DNA of 64,000 nt from Candidatus Nealsonbacteria bacterium DGGOD1a (GCA_022530585.1 CP092821.1:585525-649524); one strand, 5' to 3'; shown: positions 1 through 8,850, counted from the stretch's first letter. Program-made: numbers and translations. Notes: generated by a model not told the origin, from the letters alone.

Positions 1-414
1 ATCATTTTCAAGTTTTGCCTGCCCGCAAAACAATCCTAAAATAAATTTATCATTGGGAGTATTGCGGAAAGTTTGGGTCGGCGTTTTTACTTCCAGGAGC
101 TTTCCTTCGTCGAACAAATAAATAATTTTACCCGCGTCAACCGAATTTCGTGAAATTCGATTTGCATTCCAAACCAGTAATCCATTGGCAAACCCTTTTT
201 CGATTTTTTCAACCAAATTATTAAAAATCGGACGACCTGGCTTTTTTGCCGAATGCGACTCGGTCATTACTTCAACAATTTTGAGCTTCTCGCGCCTTAC
301 AACTTCTTCAAGCTCGTTTCGTTGCGATTCAACGCTCAGAATTTGTCTATCCTCGCCCTCAGACGAACGACGGCAGTATTCGATATATTTGATTGTTTGT
401 TTTGCATTTTCCAT
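1..414 (-). CDS. Serine recombinase (resolvase-type catalytic domain), partial; the C-terminal part lies beyond the window start
   Basis: Own minus-strand translation from ATG 414-412: MENAKQTIKYIEYCRRSSEGEDRQILSVESQRNELEEVVRREKLKIVEVMTESHSAKKPGRPIFNNLVEKIEKGFANGLLVWNANRISRNSVDAG. It has the YxRxS, SxxxQ and RxSR motifs of serine recombinases. It is absent from the ORF track because there is no stop in the window. Confidence 0.75.
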   Translation of the reverse strand, partial: MENAKQTIKYIEYCRRSSEGEDRQILSVESQRNELEEVVRREKLKIVEVMTESHSAKKPGRPIFNNLVEKIEKGFANGLLVWNANRISRNSVDAGKIIYLFDEGKLLEVKTPTQTFRNTPNDKFILGLFCGQAKLEND

Positions 415-478
415 AAGTTTTAATATCCAAGTTCTTGGACTTTACTATACCGCTTTTGAAGCGAAGCGGCCAGGGGAT

Positions 479-1579
479 TTATTGTTTTACAATCTTAAAA
501 TCCACCAGCTGTTTTCGGCATTCGTCAAAGACTTGTTTTAATGTAAATGATGGTATGTTGTAAGTGCTTAATAATTTCTTTAATTTTTTCTTGGCTCGAT
601 GGCGGTCTTGCCTTGAATAATAATCATCGCCAAACAATTTTTGCTGGTAAGAACCCGTTTGCTGATTTGCCAGACACCAACCCATCCAAGCGTAAGCGTC
701 ATATAAAGGCATTCCTGATTGCTTGGCCTTTTTTAGAAACTCACTGGTAGGGTATAGCGGCGTATCGATTGTGGCAATGCTCAAATCATTGGCTAATTTG
801 TCGAAAAATTCCAAAAGAATCCGCTGGCATAAGTTATCATTAAAAACTTCCTGCAAACACCTTTCTTTGCTTTCGTCCCCGTCAATTCGTCTGCCGATGT
901 ATTTTTTGAGCGTAAACCTTTGCTGGAATGTTATTTCCATTCGAAGGATTTTATCCGGCAACATCCCAATCTTCATTTTTTCAGCAATTTGTGTTTCTGC
1001 GTTATTCTTTGCCTTATCGACCAATTCCGAACCTTTGTCATACATTTTCCAGCCAATCTGTTTATTGTAGATTCGCCCGCAAAATCCAAGACGGTTGCCT
1101 TCGGTGTAATATGTATCTTTTGTATGGCTGTATGCTTTGCCAATATCCAAAAAGGGGATAACTTTCAAAAATTCAACCGGATAGCCAAAGTTAGACGGCA
1201 AAATGAAATTAAACGAAAAAGCGATGTTTCTTATACTGGCCATTTTAATTATTTCTCTTGAAATCGGCTGGCCGTTAAAAACTCGGCACATTTTATCAAA
1301 CAGGGTATTTAAGACCTGCTCGTAATCCTTTTCATCAACTCCAAAATAATTGCTATTTCTTATCAATTTTGGAGCGGAAAATTGAATAACGATGTCGCGA
1401 GTGTAATAATCGGTTATTCCTTGTTTTTTTGAAATTGTGACTGTGGGCATATAATTTTTTGCCGGGTCGGGATTGAATACGTATTTTGTTACACCCCCGC
1501 TTTTGATTGACCTGAAATGAGTTAAATATCTGTCGGGAATTTCCAATCTTTCGACAATCAAAATTACAGTATCTATCAT
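479..1579 (-). CDS. Putative replication initiation protein (Rep_trans / phage-plasmid RCR-like)
   Basis: 366-aa ORF. GRIYNK...WKMYDKGSE followed by ILRMEITFQQR resembles the RxYDK ... RxExE signature of Rep_trans-type initiators (recalled, not searched). Confidence 0.45.
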   Translation of the reverse strand: MIDTVILIVERLEIPDRYLTHFRSIKSGGVTKYVFNPDPAKNYMPTVTISKKQGITDYYTRDIVIQFSAPKLIRNSNYFGVDEKDYEQVLNTLFDKMCRVFNGQPISREIIKMASIRNIAFSFNFILPSNFGYPVEFLKVIPFLDIGKAYSHTKDTYYTEGNRLGFCGRIYNKQIGWKMYDKGSELVDKAKNNAETQIAEKMKIGMLPDKILRMEITFQQRFTLKKYIGRRIDGDESKERCLQEVFNDNLCQRILLEFFDKLANDLSIATIDTPLYPTSEFLKKAKQSGMPLYDAYAWMGWCLANQQTGSYQQKLFGDDYYSRQDRHRAKKKLKKLLSTYNIPSFTLKQVFDECRKQLVDFKIVKQ

Positions 1580-1587
1580 AACCAGTG

Positions 1588-1782
1588 TTACAAGGTGATA
1601 GTATTACTCCGGTCAGTTTCGTTGCCGTTTTCAATTCGGCCGATTTTAGAAGGACCATAAACTGCCTTGTAAAATTCGACAAAGCGATTGGCTTTTTCTG
1701 AAGCCTCGGTATCTGAAAGCTGGATTTTATAAATCCGGCAGTAAATTCGCTTAAATTCGTCAACGGCCTTTTGCGGAAGCAT
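1588..1782 (-). CDS. Small hypothetical protein (64 aa from the internal ATG; the ORF track starts at TTG 1824)
   Basis: The ORF lies directly upstream of, and is co-oriented with, the Rep-like gene (8-nt gap). No family was recognised. Confidence 0.4.
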   Translation of the reverse strand: MLPQKAVDEFKRIYCRIYKIQLSDTEASEKANRFVEFYKAVYGPSKIGRIENGNETDRSNTITL

Positions 1783-1850
1783 AATTTTGACCCTTATGCA
1801 GTTATGACGCAAAACCGCCAACAAATCCTATGGCTAAAAGTTGGATAAAA

Positions 1851-1871
1851 TTCTGACTATATTCTGACTAT
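1851..1871. promoter_or_regulatory. Tandem 10-11 bp direct repeat (ttctgactat x2), a possible operator or iteron upstream of the small-ORF/Rep unit
   Basis: ttctgactat a ttctgactat, read directly from the sequence. Confidence 0.3.
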
Positions 1872-1881
1872 TTCCTGTAAC

Positions 1882-1905
1882 AAAAAACCGCTTTTTGAGG
1901 CGGTT
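1882..1905 (-). terminator. Rho-independent terminator after the 421-aa gene
   Basis: Minus strand: AACCGC-ctcaaaaa-GCGGTT followed by TTTTTT. Confidence 0.6.
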
Positions 1906-1920
1906 TGCGGACTCTTGTTT

Positions 1921-3186
1921 TTAATCGACTAATTTTAAGCGATAGGCTTTATTATTTTTTTGAGTTTCAAATATGTTTTCGTTTGAATTTTCATTTTTGG
2001 GTAAAATTTTAAGTCCGTGTTTAATCTTTTTAACTATACCTTGCAAACACCACATTTCCGTTTGATAGTCTACGAGTGGATTTGGAAACTCCTTTTTGTA
2101 TAAAACTTTTAAGAGAGTTGTATATTTGGCTAAATGAGTTGCGCTTTCCAAAAGACATAAAAGCACAATGTATTCCTGGGTTTCGGGTGCAAAGCTGCCA
2201 TACGTATTATTGCCATTGCCACCGTCATACTTAAAAGCCCCGCTAAACCTGTTAAAATCCAGTTTTAACCCGCTTTCGGTATGAAAAACGAGCCAACCAT
2301 CATCTTCCCCTGCATTTATCTCTTCTAAACCCTGTTTTTCATTATCATCATCAATGGCCTTTTTTGCTATTTTTTCTCTTTCCTCGCTATTTCCCAGAAC
2401 CTCTATTATCGAATAAAAAGATGTTTTTTCTTCTGTCAAAAAAAATCCAGGTAGCTCAATTTCTTTATAATTGCACAATGAATCAATTAAACCACCAATT
2501 ACTATTTTGCAATGTTGCTTGATTCTATTAAAATCTTTTTCTCGTATATTGCTTTTATAATTTTCCGGCGAAACCAATAAGCCGCATAAGTTCCAAAACT
2601 CTCTAAATGTATTTACATTTAATCTGGCCGGAAGCCAGCTAATTAGTTGATTAAATTCAAGCAGGCCATCGTTGTACTCATCAATCAATTTATAAAATTC
2701 AAAACGTGATTTTTTATCTTTAACAATGTGGTAGCCAATTAAATTAAAAAGCCTCGTTATTGATTCGTATTGTTTTTTAACTTGGTAAGCTTTATTTGCG
2801 TAATCATTCAATGCGCTTTCATCCAACCGATAATAATTATTTTTATCTAATGCTAATTGATATAATTCTGGTAAATCTACTTCATCCTGTCCGGTTTTTA
2901 ACTGATTTTTATATTTGCAATTCAGCTTTTTTTGTAGCTCGATTATCTTTTGATTATCGGTAAGTTTTAAGATTGCAGTCGCATTTTCACATAGCTGGTT
3001 TTGAATCTTGGTAAAATCTTTATTCGAAGCTAAATTCTTAAAATAATGCAATCGGTAATCAAATTCTTTTTTGAGTATTTCGTTTTGTTGGATAAAAACA
3101 AAAAAGCCGATTAGGAAATTTTCTCCAATTTCTTGGACGCGCTCCAACTCAGCTTTGAATAGCTGTAATTTTTCAATTGTAGTCAT
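1921..3186 (-). CDS. Orphan 421-aa protein, possibly with a C-terminal OmpR/PhoB-like winged-helix domain
   Basis: Long ORF with its own terminator. The C-terminal ~70 aa (EYIVLLCLLESATHLAKYTTLLKVLYKK...MWCLQGIVKKIKHGLKI) resemble a trans_reg_C spacing pattern (weak, from memory). Confidence 0.55.
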   Translation of the reverse strand: MTTIEKLQLFKAELERVQEIGENFLIGFFVFIQQNEILKKEFDYRLHYFKNLASNKDFTKIQNQLCENATAILKLTDNQKIIELQKKLNCKYKNQLKTGQDEVDLPELYQLALDKNNYYRLDESALNDYANKAYQVKKQYESITRLFNLIGYHIVKDKKSRFEFYKLIDEYNDGLLEFNQLISWLPARLNVNTFREFWNLCGLLVSPENYKSNIREKDFNRIKQHCKIVIGGLIDSLCNYKEIELPGFFLTEEKTSFYSIIEVLGNSEEREKIAKKAIDDDNEKQGLEEINAGEDDGWLVFHTESGLKLDFNRFSGAFKYDGGNGNNTYGSFAPETQEYIVLLCLLESATHLAKYTTLLKVLYKKEFPNPLVDYQTEMWCLQGIVKKIKHGLKILPKNENSNENIFETQKNNKAYRLKLVD

Positions 3187-3295
3187 AATGGCTTTGATAA
3201 ACCCTTATTTTCTATTATTTCATTTCTCATTGAATTTTCAAGTTAAAAATTTGTTAAAAAGCAAATTTTGAATTAAAATGAAACATAATTTAATA

Positions 3296-3482
3296 GTTGG
3301 CCTAACCCTCGTAATTTAATCTGCGAGGTATGGCGTAAAAACCTGTTGAAAATACTGAACTCCACGTTCAGCAATCTTTCAACAGGTCATATCGGGAAAC
3401 CGGTATGGAGCCGCAAGGCTCAGCTGGCGTGGAGCTCTGTGTTTATGTGCGCTCTATGGCCAGCCAAAACGGCCATTTTTTG
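3296..3482 (+). ncRNA. Candidate structured RNA of unknown class (independent sRNA or cis-leader of the 3502 gene)
   Basis: Nested hairpin 3342-3386 (cctgttgaaa/tttcaacagg) encloses ctgaac-TCCAC-gttcag. There are two GNRA-capped hairpins, tatcgg-GAAA-ccggta and gagcc-GCAA-ggctc. The loop TCCACG is complementary to CGTGGAG at 3428-3434. An intrinsic terminator atggcc...ggccat+T7 lies at 3456-3482. Confidence 0.35.
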
Positions 3483-3501
3483 TTAATTTTTTATAAAAAA
3501 T

Positions 3502-4179
3502 ATGGAAGCAATAACAATAATAATCTTAATCGTGATTTGTATAATTTTGGTTAAATGGTTGGCTGGTGCAGGCGAAAAGGAGAAAAAGCAAAAAATCGAT
3601 GATGATATAAGATTCAGGCAGCTCGTTGCCAGTGCTAAATCGTATATCGAAAACGCTAAAATTGAAAAACAATTACCTGTTGGTCTTACCTCTTTAATGC
3701 TTGCAAACGGCGAACAAGCATTATTGGAGGAAGGCACGCAATTGATTGAAACTCGGTCAGTGAGAGATACTGGCGGCGGCGGGGTTAGAATCCGCGTAAT
3801 GAAAGGCGTTTCTGTCGGCGGGTTTGGTTCGCAAGGGGAAAGCCATCAAGCTTACAGAGTAATAGACCAAGGCACAATTACGCTTACCGATAAAAAAATT
3901 ATTTTCAGCGGTTCAAAGGAAAATCGGAATATACCAATCGACAAAATTATTAAATTCGACCCGTTCAATAACGGAATGATAATCAAAATTGACGGACGCT
4001 CAAAGAATGTCGCTTTTTATATCAACAATTCTTTCCTATGGGGCGCGATTATAAATATGCTTCATTCCGAAATTAACGACATTTCCAATTTGCAACCGGA
4101 AAATTTTGATAAAGCATTGGAATGGCTTAAAAATTGGGAATCATCCGATGTCGGAGTAAGCAGCGTAAGCCCGGAATAG
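3502..4179 (+). CDS. N-terminally membrane-anchored hypothetical protein
   Basis: 225-aa ORF with an N-terminal hydrophobic helix and then a soluble domain. No confident family. Confidence 0.6.
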   Translation: MEAITIIILIVICIILVKWLAGAGEKEKKQKIDDDIRFRQLVASAKSYIENAKIEKQLPVGLTSLMLANGEQALLEEGTQLIETRSVRDTGGGGVRIRVMKGVSVGGFGSQGESHQAYRVIDQGTITLTDKKIIFSGSKENRNIPIDKIIKFDPFNNGMIIKIDGRSKNVAFYINNSFLWGAIINMLHSEINDISNLQPENFDKALEWLKNWESSDVGVSSVSPE

Positions 4180-4212
4180 TTTTTTATTAAACATTAAATA
4201 ACCAATAAAAAT

Positions 4213-4605
4213 ATGCCACTATCATCCGAAGAAATCGCTAAAATCGAAGAAGAGGAGCGCGTGCGCGTTGAAGCACACGAAAAATACACTCAAATCGCTC
4301 ATCCCAAAAACGGAAAAGCGTTGTTTCTATCAATTCTTATTCCCGGTTTAGGCCAGATGTCAAAAGGAGAAGCAGGAAAGGGGTTCGTTATTCTGGTATT
4401 CTGCGTGGGTGGTTATTTTGTAGGGGTAATACCTGGAATAATCATTTTCGTCTGGCAGCTTTTCGACGCCTACAATTACAATAAAAAAACCGACCCAAAT
4501 AATTCCAGTGAAAGCGATTCAGTAACCAAGATTTTAGGTATCGGACTGCTTATTATTATGCTATTAGCACTAATAGGTTACTTTATGGGCAGTTCTTCAA
4601 ATTAA
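4213..4605 (+). CDS. Small membrane protein (TM2-like)
   Basis: 130-aa ORF. LSILIPGLGQMSKGEAGKGFVILVF plus further TM segments. Confidence 0.55.
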   Translation: MPLSSEEIAKIEEEERVRVEAHEKYTQIAHPKNGKALFLSILIPGLGQMSKGEAGKGFVILVFCVGGYFVGVIPGIIIFVWQLFDAYNYNKKTDPNNSSESDSVTKILGIGLLIIMLLALIGYFMGSSSN

Positions 4606-4913
4606 AATCCCAATCAATCCCAATTTGAAAATTATTTTTGAGCCTAAAAACAAAAGATAATCTGGAATCATCGAAATGTCGTATTTTGCATATATTCAAT
4701 AAAAACAAGGAGAAATTCTTGTTTTTATCTTATTCGAAAATCCAAATTATCCTGAATTTGAGAATCATTTTTACGACTTAAAATCAAATTTGGATTGTGA
4801 AAATTAAAATGCAACTATTCAATAGTCACTGATTGGTCGCTTGCTATTCATTATAAATACAATATAATGCCTATAATCGTGAACCTTATCAACAAAATAT
4901 GGAGGTGAAAGCT

Positions 4914-5801
4914 ATGATAAGATTCTCTGATAATTTTGAAACCGAGTACTTCGTGCCAAGCGGAATTGTTGGACAAGACGGAAGCGGCTGGTTGCACCAT
5001 AAAATCTTGGAAAAAATAGGGCTATGGGATTCTTCATTATTGGTGCCAGTAGCAAAAACCGTTACTTTGCAACCAATAAAGGGTAATTGGAATGGAAATC
5101 CTTGGCATTGTATCAGACCATCGTCCTTTTATCGGTTGCGCCCAGCAGGAACAGTCAATTTCATCGGACTTACCAACCCAGGATTCGATGAATGGAAAAA
5201 GGAAATCGGCTCTCGAATTAACACGGGGAAAATACATCCGGTTGTTTCAATTTTGGGAACGCCTGACGAGTTGGCAAGAATGGCAAAAGACCTCAATGAT
5301 TTTGACATTCCGGCATTGGAGATTAACGCTTCTTGTCCGAATACCAACGATTGCAGCGTTATCAATAATGCCACAAGGGTAATTGAGAGTTGCCAAGTAG
5401 TGCGGGAAATCTCAGATTTTCCAATAATCTTAAAAGTGTCCGTTGCTCACGACATAGACAGGATTATTCCGAAAGTTGAAAATTACTGCAAAGCGTTGGC
5501 AATAAACAGCGTGCCTTATCCGATGGTATTCCCGAATAAACAGAGCCCGCTTTCACATTTGGGTTCTGGCGGAGGAGGAATATCGGGATTAGACGCTCAA
5601 CAATATACGTGGGCTCTTGTTAAAAAGCTGAAAGAAATGACGAATGTTCCGGTTATTGCACCAAGCATTTGGATATATGAAGATATTGCTTGGTTGCGTA
5701 ACGTATATAAGGCTGATGCGTTTAGTTTCGGGGCTTTGGCCTTGTTATCTCCTTGGTTGGTAACAAAATATATACGTCTGGATTTGCGAAGAAAGCAGTA
5801 A
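4914..5801 (+). CDS. pyrD: Dihydroorotate dehydrogenase family protein (class 1-like)
   Basis: INASCPNT, LTNPG and GGGGISG motifs. GGAGGTGA lies 5 nt before ATG 4914, in frame with track ORF 4899..5801. Confidence 0.55.
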   Translation: MIRFSDNFETEYFVPSGIVGQDGSGWLHHKILEKIGLWDSSLLVPVAKTVTLQPIKGNWNGNPWHCIRPSSFYRLRPAGTVNFIGLTNPGFDEWKKEIGSRINTGKIHPVVSILGTPDELARMAKDLNDFDIPALEINASCPNTNDCSVINNATRVIESCQVVREISDFPIILKVSVAHDIDRIIPKVENYCKALAINSVPYPMVFPNKQSPLSHLGSGGGGISGLDAQQYTWALVKKLKEMTNVPVIAPSIWIYEDIAWLRNVYKADAFSFGALALLSPWLVTKYIRLDLRRKQ

Positions 5802-6030
5802 CTGCCAAGGGCTATCTGCTTTTTATTTTTGGATTAAAGCAAAAAGTAGTAAGCAAAAGCTTGCAAATTAAAAGAATTTAAGTAATATCAATCAAGATGT
5901 AGCGGCGCAGATTAAATCTGGATTCGCCGCTTTGCGTGCAAGTCATTTTGGCGGTTTTAAGATAAAACCACTTTGCACATTCAAAACAGAATCGCCCCTA
6001 AAAGAGCAAGCAAATTTGTGAGGTATCCAT

Positions 6031-6765
6031 ATGCAAGCAAGCGAAGAGATGATAAAAAACGCGCGAGAGCGAATAATCTACGCCCTTGATGTAAGTGGTT
6101 CGGTAGCCGCAATGCCTACAATTAAGACTATCGCACCATTAGTAGGTATCATTAAGACTGGATTGGAGTTAATCACATCAGGAGAAGCCCCGGAAGTAAT
6201 AAAGGCAATCCAAGGAATGGGAGGCCAAGTTTTCTACGACGGTAAATTTGATGATATTCCAAATACCGTCGGTAGAGCTACCAAGATTGCCGCTGGATTC
6301 GGCGTTAAAATGATTAACGTCCACGCCTCAGCTGGTAAAGAATCCATCAAGGCCGCAATTGCTAACAAGGGCAAATCCCTTATTTTGGGAGTTACCATCC
6401 TGACTTCCATTGATGAGACCGAATGTAAATCGATATTCGGTGATACGCCCGGCAATAAAGTAGTCCAGTTTGCCGAAATGCTGGTTGACTTGGGAGCAGA
6501 TGGTATCATTTGTTCACCCAAGGAATTGGTATTACTCGGCAAGATTGAAAAATTCAACCATCTGTTGAAGATTACTCCCGGCGTAAGGCCAGTATGGGCA
6601 GAGACAGGCGACCAAAAGAGGGTAATGACCCCAGCTGATGCGATAAAGGCAGGCGCAACCCATTTAGTGATTGGGCGTCCGATATCTTCACCCCCAAAAG
6701 AGATAGGGTCGCCAACTAACGCGGCGTATCTAATCGCCAAGGAAATAGCAGAAGCAATGGCATAA
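6031..6765 (+). CDS. pyrF: Orotidine 5'-phosphate decarboxylase
   Basis: YALDV, DGKFDDIPNTV, NVHASAG and a C-terminal GRPI motif. Confidence 0.8.
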   Translation: MQASEEMIKNARERIIYALDVSGSVAAMPTIKTIAPLVGIIKTGLELITSGEAPEVIKAIQGMGGQVFYDGKFDDIPNTVGRATKIAAGFGVKMINVHASAGKESIKAAIANKGKSLILGVTILTSIDETECKSIFGDTPGNKVVQFAEMLVDLGADGIICSPKELVLLGKIEKFNHLLKITPGVRPVWAETGDQKRVMTPADAIKAGATHLVIGRPISSPPKEIGSPTNAAYLIAKEIAEAMA

Positions 6766-6775
6766 AGGAGGAGCA

Positions 6776-7546
6776 ATGAAACCAAAAAGATTGACGGCAA
6801 AGCAAATCTTTGAAAAACGGCGCGATTATCTTGATATTGCGCGACAAAGAGACGCTTATTATGAGCGTATAGGTAACAGCCCTCTTGTTGGTTACGCGGG
6901 CAAGTATAACGGTCCTGACGGCCAGAAATTGCAGTTTGTCGGATTTGCATATATCAATGTTGCAAAACTGGAAGAATGTCCAGCTGATGACCTCGATTTC
7001 ATAGGCACCGAATTGGCCGATAAAGCAAGAGCAAAGTTAGGCCAATTGTCCAAAAAAACTGTTCTCGTGGCAGCTCCTGTCGGCGGTTATGCCCTATCAA
7101 TTGACCTTGGGCGCAAACTAAAATGCCGGACAATCAAGGCCGAGAAGAAAGTAACCAAGGTCGGAATTGAGGGCCAGCGTGACGAAACCAAGCTGGTTTT
7201 AGACCGCCACGAGCTATCAGAAAGTGATGAAGTTATAATTGTTGAGGATGTTTGCAATAATTTCTCAACAACGCTTGACCTAATCCGCTTGGTAGAAAGT
7301 TTTGGCGCAAAGGTAATTGCTATCGTATGCTACTTGAACAGGTCTCCTGACTACGACTTCGTATATAATCCCAGTGGCACAGAATACAATATCCCCATTA
7401 TCCCACTGGTGCGCCAAATAATAGCAGAATTCAAACAAGATGCCCCAGAGGTAATGGAGGACATTAAAAAAGGGAACATCGAATGGAAACCAAAGAAAAA
7501 GGAAAGCTGGGCCAGGTTAATGAAAGCAATGAGGGCTGTATCTTAA
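6776..7546 (+). CDS. Type I phosphoribosyltransferase (orotate PRTase-like, with an N-terminal extension)
   Basis: PRPP-binding motif VIIVEDVCNNFSTT. AAGGAGG lies before the ATG. Adjacent to pyrF. Confidence 0.6.
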   Translation: MKPKRLTAKQIFEKRRDYLDIARQRDAYYERIGNSPLVGYAGKYNGPDGQKLQFVGFAYINVAKLEECPADDLDFIGTELADKARAKLGQLSKKTVLVAAPVGGYALSIDLGRKLKCRTIKAEKKVTKVGIEGQRDETKLVLDRHELSESDEVIIVEDVCNNFSTTLDLIRLVESFGAKVIAIVCYLNRSPDYDFVYNPSGTEYNIPIIPLVRQIIAEFKQDAPEVMEDIKKGNIEWKPKKKESWARLMKAMRAVS

Positions 7547-7638
7547 TACACCCAATTTACATAATTGCAACCTTTGACGGAAGGTTTGATAAGAGCACAT
7601 CAAAACGCCGTCTTTTTATTTATAAATAAAGAAAAATT

Positions 7639-7953
7639 CTAAAAGGGACAATCTTTCTCAATACATTTTTCCATTCCCTCAAAGAAAATTTCTCGCCTTT
7701 CGAGCGGAATAAACCGCATTATTTGCGGTATCCATTTAGAACACCACGCTTTAATATCATCAGTTTCGTTAAATTCCTCAATAGCTTTATCCTGATTATC
7801 ACCGTTAATCAAATTTCCCAGATGAATACAGGTATGGTATCCTACCTCAAAGTAGCTATTCTTGCCGCCATCAGAGGCGTTAATAACAAGAGCCTTAAAC
7901 CAAGTAGGCAAAGCGGCATTTTTGATATTTTCTAATGATTTTTTATTTAACAT
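7639..7953 (-). CDS. Hypothetical protein (104 aa)
   Basis: ORF only. Confidence 0.45.
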   Translation of the reverse strand: MLNKKSLENIKNAALPTWFKALVINASDGGKNSYFEVGYHTCIHLGNLINGDNQDKAIEEFNETDDIKAWCSKWIPQIMRFIPLERREIFFEGMEKCIEKDCPF

Positions 7954-7979
7954 TTTGTTATTTTTAGTAGTTTTTCTGC

Positions 7980-8170
7980 CTTAATCCAAGAACTTGGACA
8001 ATTAGCTTACGGCGCATAAAGATTGCTGAATAGCGGTTCTAACGCCACATAATGCCCGCAGCTCTTCGTCGCCTCCACTCCTCAGAGCCTGCGGCCGCAA
8101 GGCCAAATACAATAGAGCGATGAAGACCCTGAACGAAGTGAAGGGACAGTATTTTTCAGGGTCTTTTCGT
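7980..8170 (+). other. GC-rich structured non-coding segment upstream of the GIY-YIG gene
   Basis: Hairpins ccaag-aa-cttgg, ccgcagctct...agagcctgcgg and ggcc-GCAA-ggcc. A terminator-like aagaccctgaa...ttcagggtctt+ttcgtt lies at 8123-8170. Confidence 0.3.
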
Positions 8171-8199
8171 TATTCTGAGAAACCGCGCGATTTGATTCT

Positions 8200-8466
8200 A
8201 TGCAGTATTCCACCTATATTCTCGAATGTGCCGATGGGAGTTTTTATGTTGGATGCACTAACGATATAGAGCGCAGATTAAAACAGCACAACGATTCAAA
8301 GTGGGGCGCGCATTACACAAAAATTCGCCGACCAGTGGAATTGCGATATGCGGAAACATTTAACGATCTTAAATCCGCTAGACAACGCGAAACTGAAATA
8401 AAAAGCTGGCGCCGCGAAAAGAAGCTGGAATTAATTGTCGCTCTTCCAATCAAAGGCCGGAGTTGA
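8200..8466 (+). CDS. GIY-YIG nuclease family protein (stand-alone URI domain)
   Basis: YILECADGSFYVGCTNDIERRLKQHN ... RETEIKSWRREKK. Confidence 0.8.
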   Translation: MQYSTYILECADGSFYVGCTNDIERRLKQHNDSKWGAHYTKIRRPVELRYAETFNDLKSARQRETEIKSWRREKKLELIVALPIKGRS

Positions 8467-8469
8467 CAC

Positions 8470-8850
8470 CATTTTGCGCTAGTTTCTTGAACTCAGTTAT
8501 TAGACTACAGAGGAATGCGCAGACCGAAGGAAAACAAAAATGTTGCTGTTGGGCGTCTTTTTTTGTAGCAAAGCGGTTTTCGGCGTGAGCTATCGCTTGC
8601 CTTGACCTTTAGGCACGGTGTCGGGCATTTCGAGGGGCAGCCGGACAAAAGCTCAAAGCTTGGAATAACCACAAACCAAAGGCGCTGTTTCCCTGAAAGC
8701 CCGGAGCAGGCGGAACGCCGACCGCGGAGGGGAAACAGCACCGGAACAAGCCCTCAAAACTTGGAATTGGCACTTACCCGGCGCAAATCAGGCTCCTAAA
8801 AACTCGTCATTTATAGAATTGAGGGTACAAGGCCCGGCCTTGTTTTTATA
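8470..8850 (+). ncRNA. GC-rich non-coding region, candidate large structured RNA of unknown class
   Basis: There is no credible ORF on either strand. Long-range pairing ctgtttccc (8686-8694) with gggaaacag (8730-8738). Duplicated motif CTCAAAnCTTGGAAT at 8652 and 8753. Terminator acaaggc-ccg-gccttgt+T5 at 8827-8848. Confidence 0.35.

Noticed and set aside
185-541. 118-aa + strand ORF from the track
   Set aside because: It is antisense to a much better serine recombinase reading frame (1-414, minus strand). It has Ser/Phe/Leu-rich composition and no motifs.
3384-3422. SRP (4.5S) RNA helix 8
   Set aside because: AGGUCA...GNRA...GGAGCCGCAAGGC is similar in order. However, the symmetric and asymmetric loop nucleotides do not line up, and the 5' strand is locked in a separate 10-bp hairpin. 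It is kept only as an alternative in the finding.
6234-6950. 238-aa minus-strand ORF
   Set aside because: It fully overlaps pyrF and the PRTase gene in antisense. It is a shadow ORF typical of this codon composition.
8470-8850. RNase P RNA or tmRNA
   Set aside because: CCUGAAAGCCCGGAGC loosely resembles the P4 GAGGAAAGUCCGGGC. However, the 3' P4 partner (ACAGAA..CCGGCUUA), the GGUAAGAGC region, and a tRNA-like end with a tag ORF are all absent.
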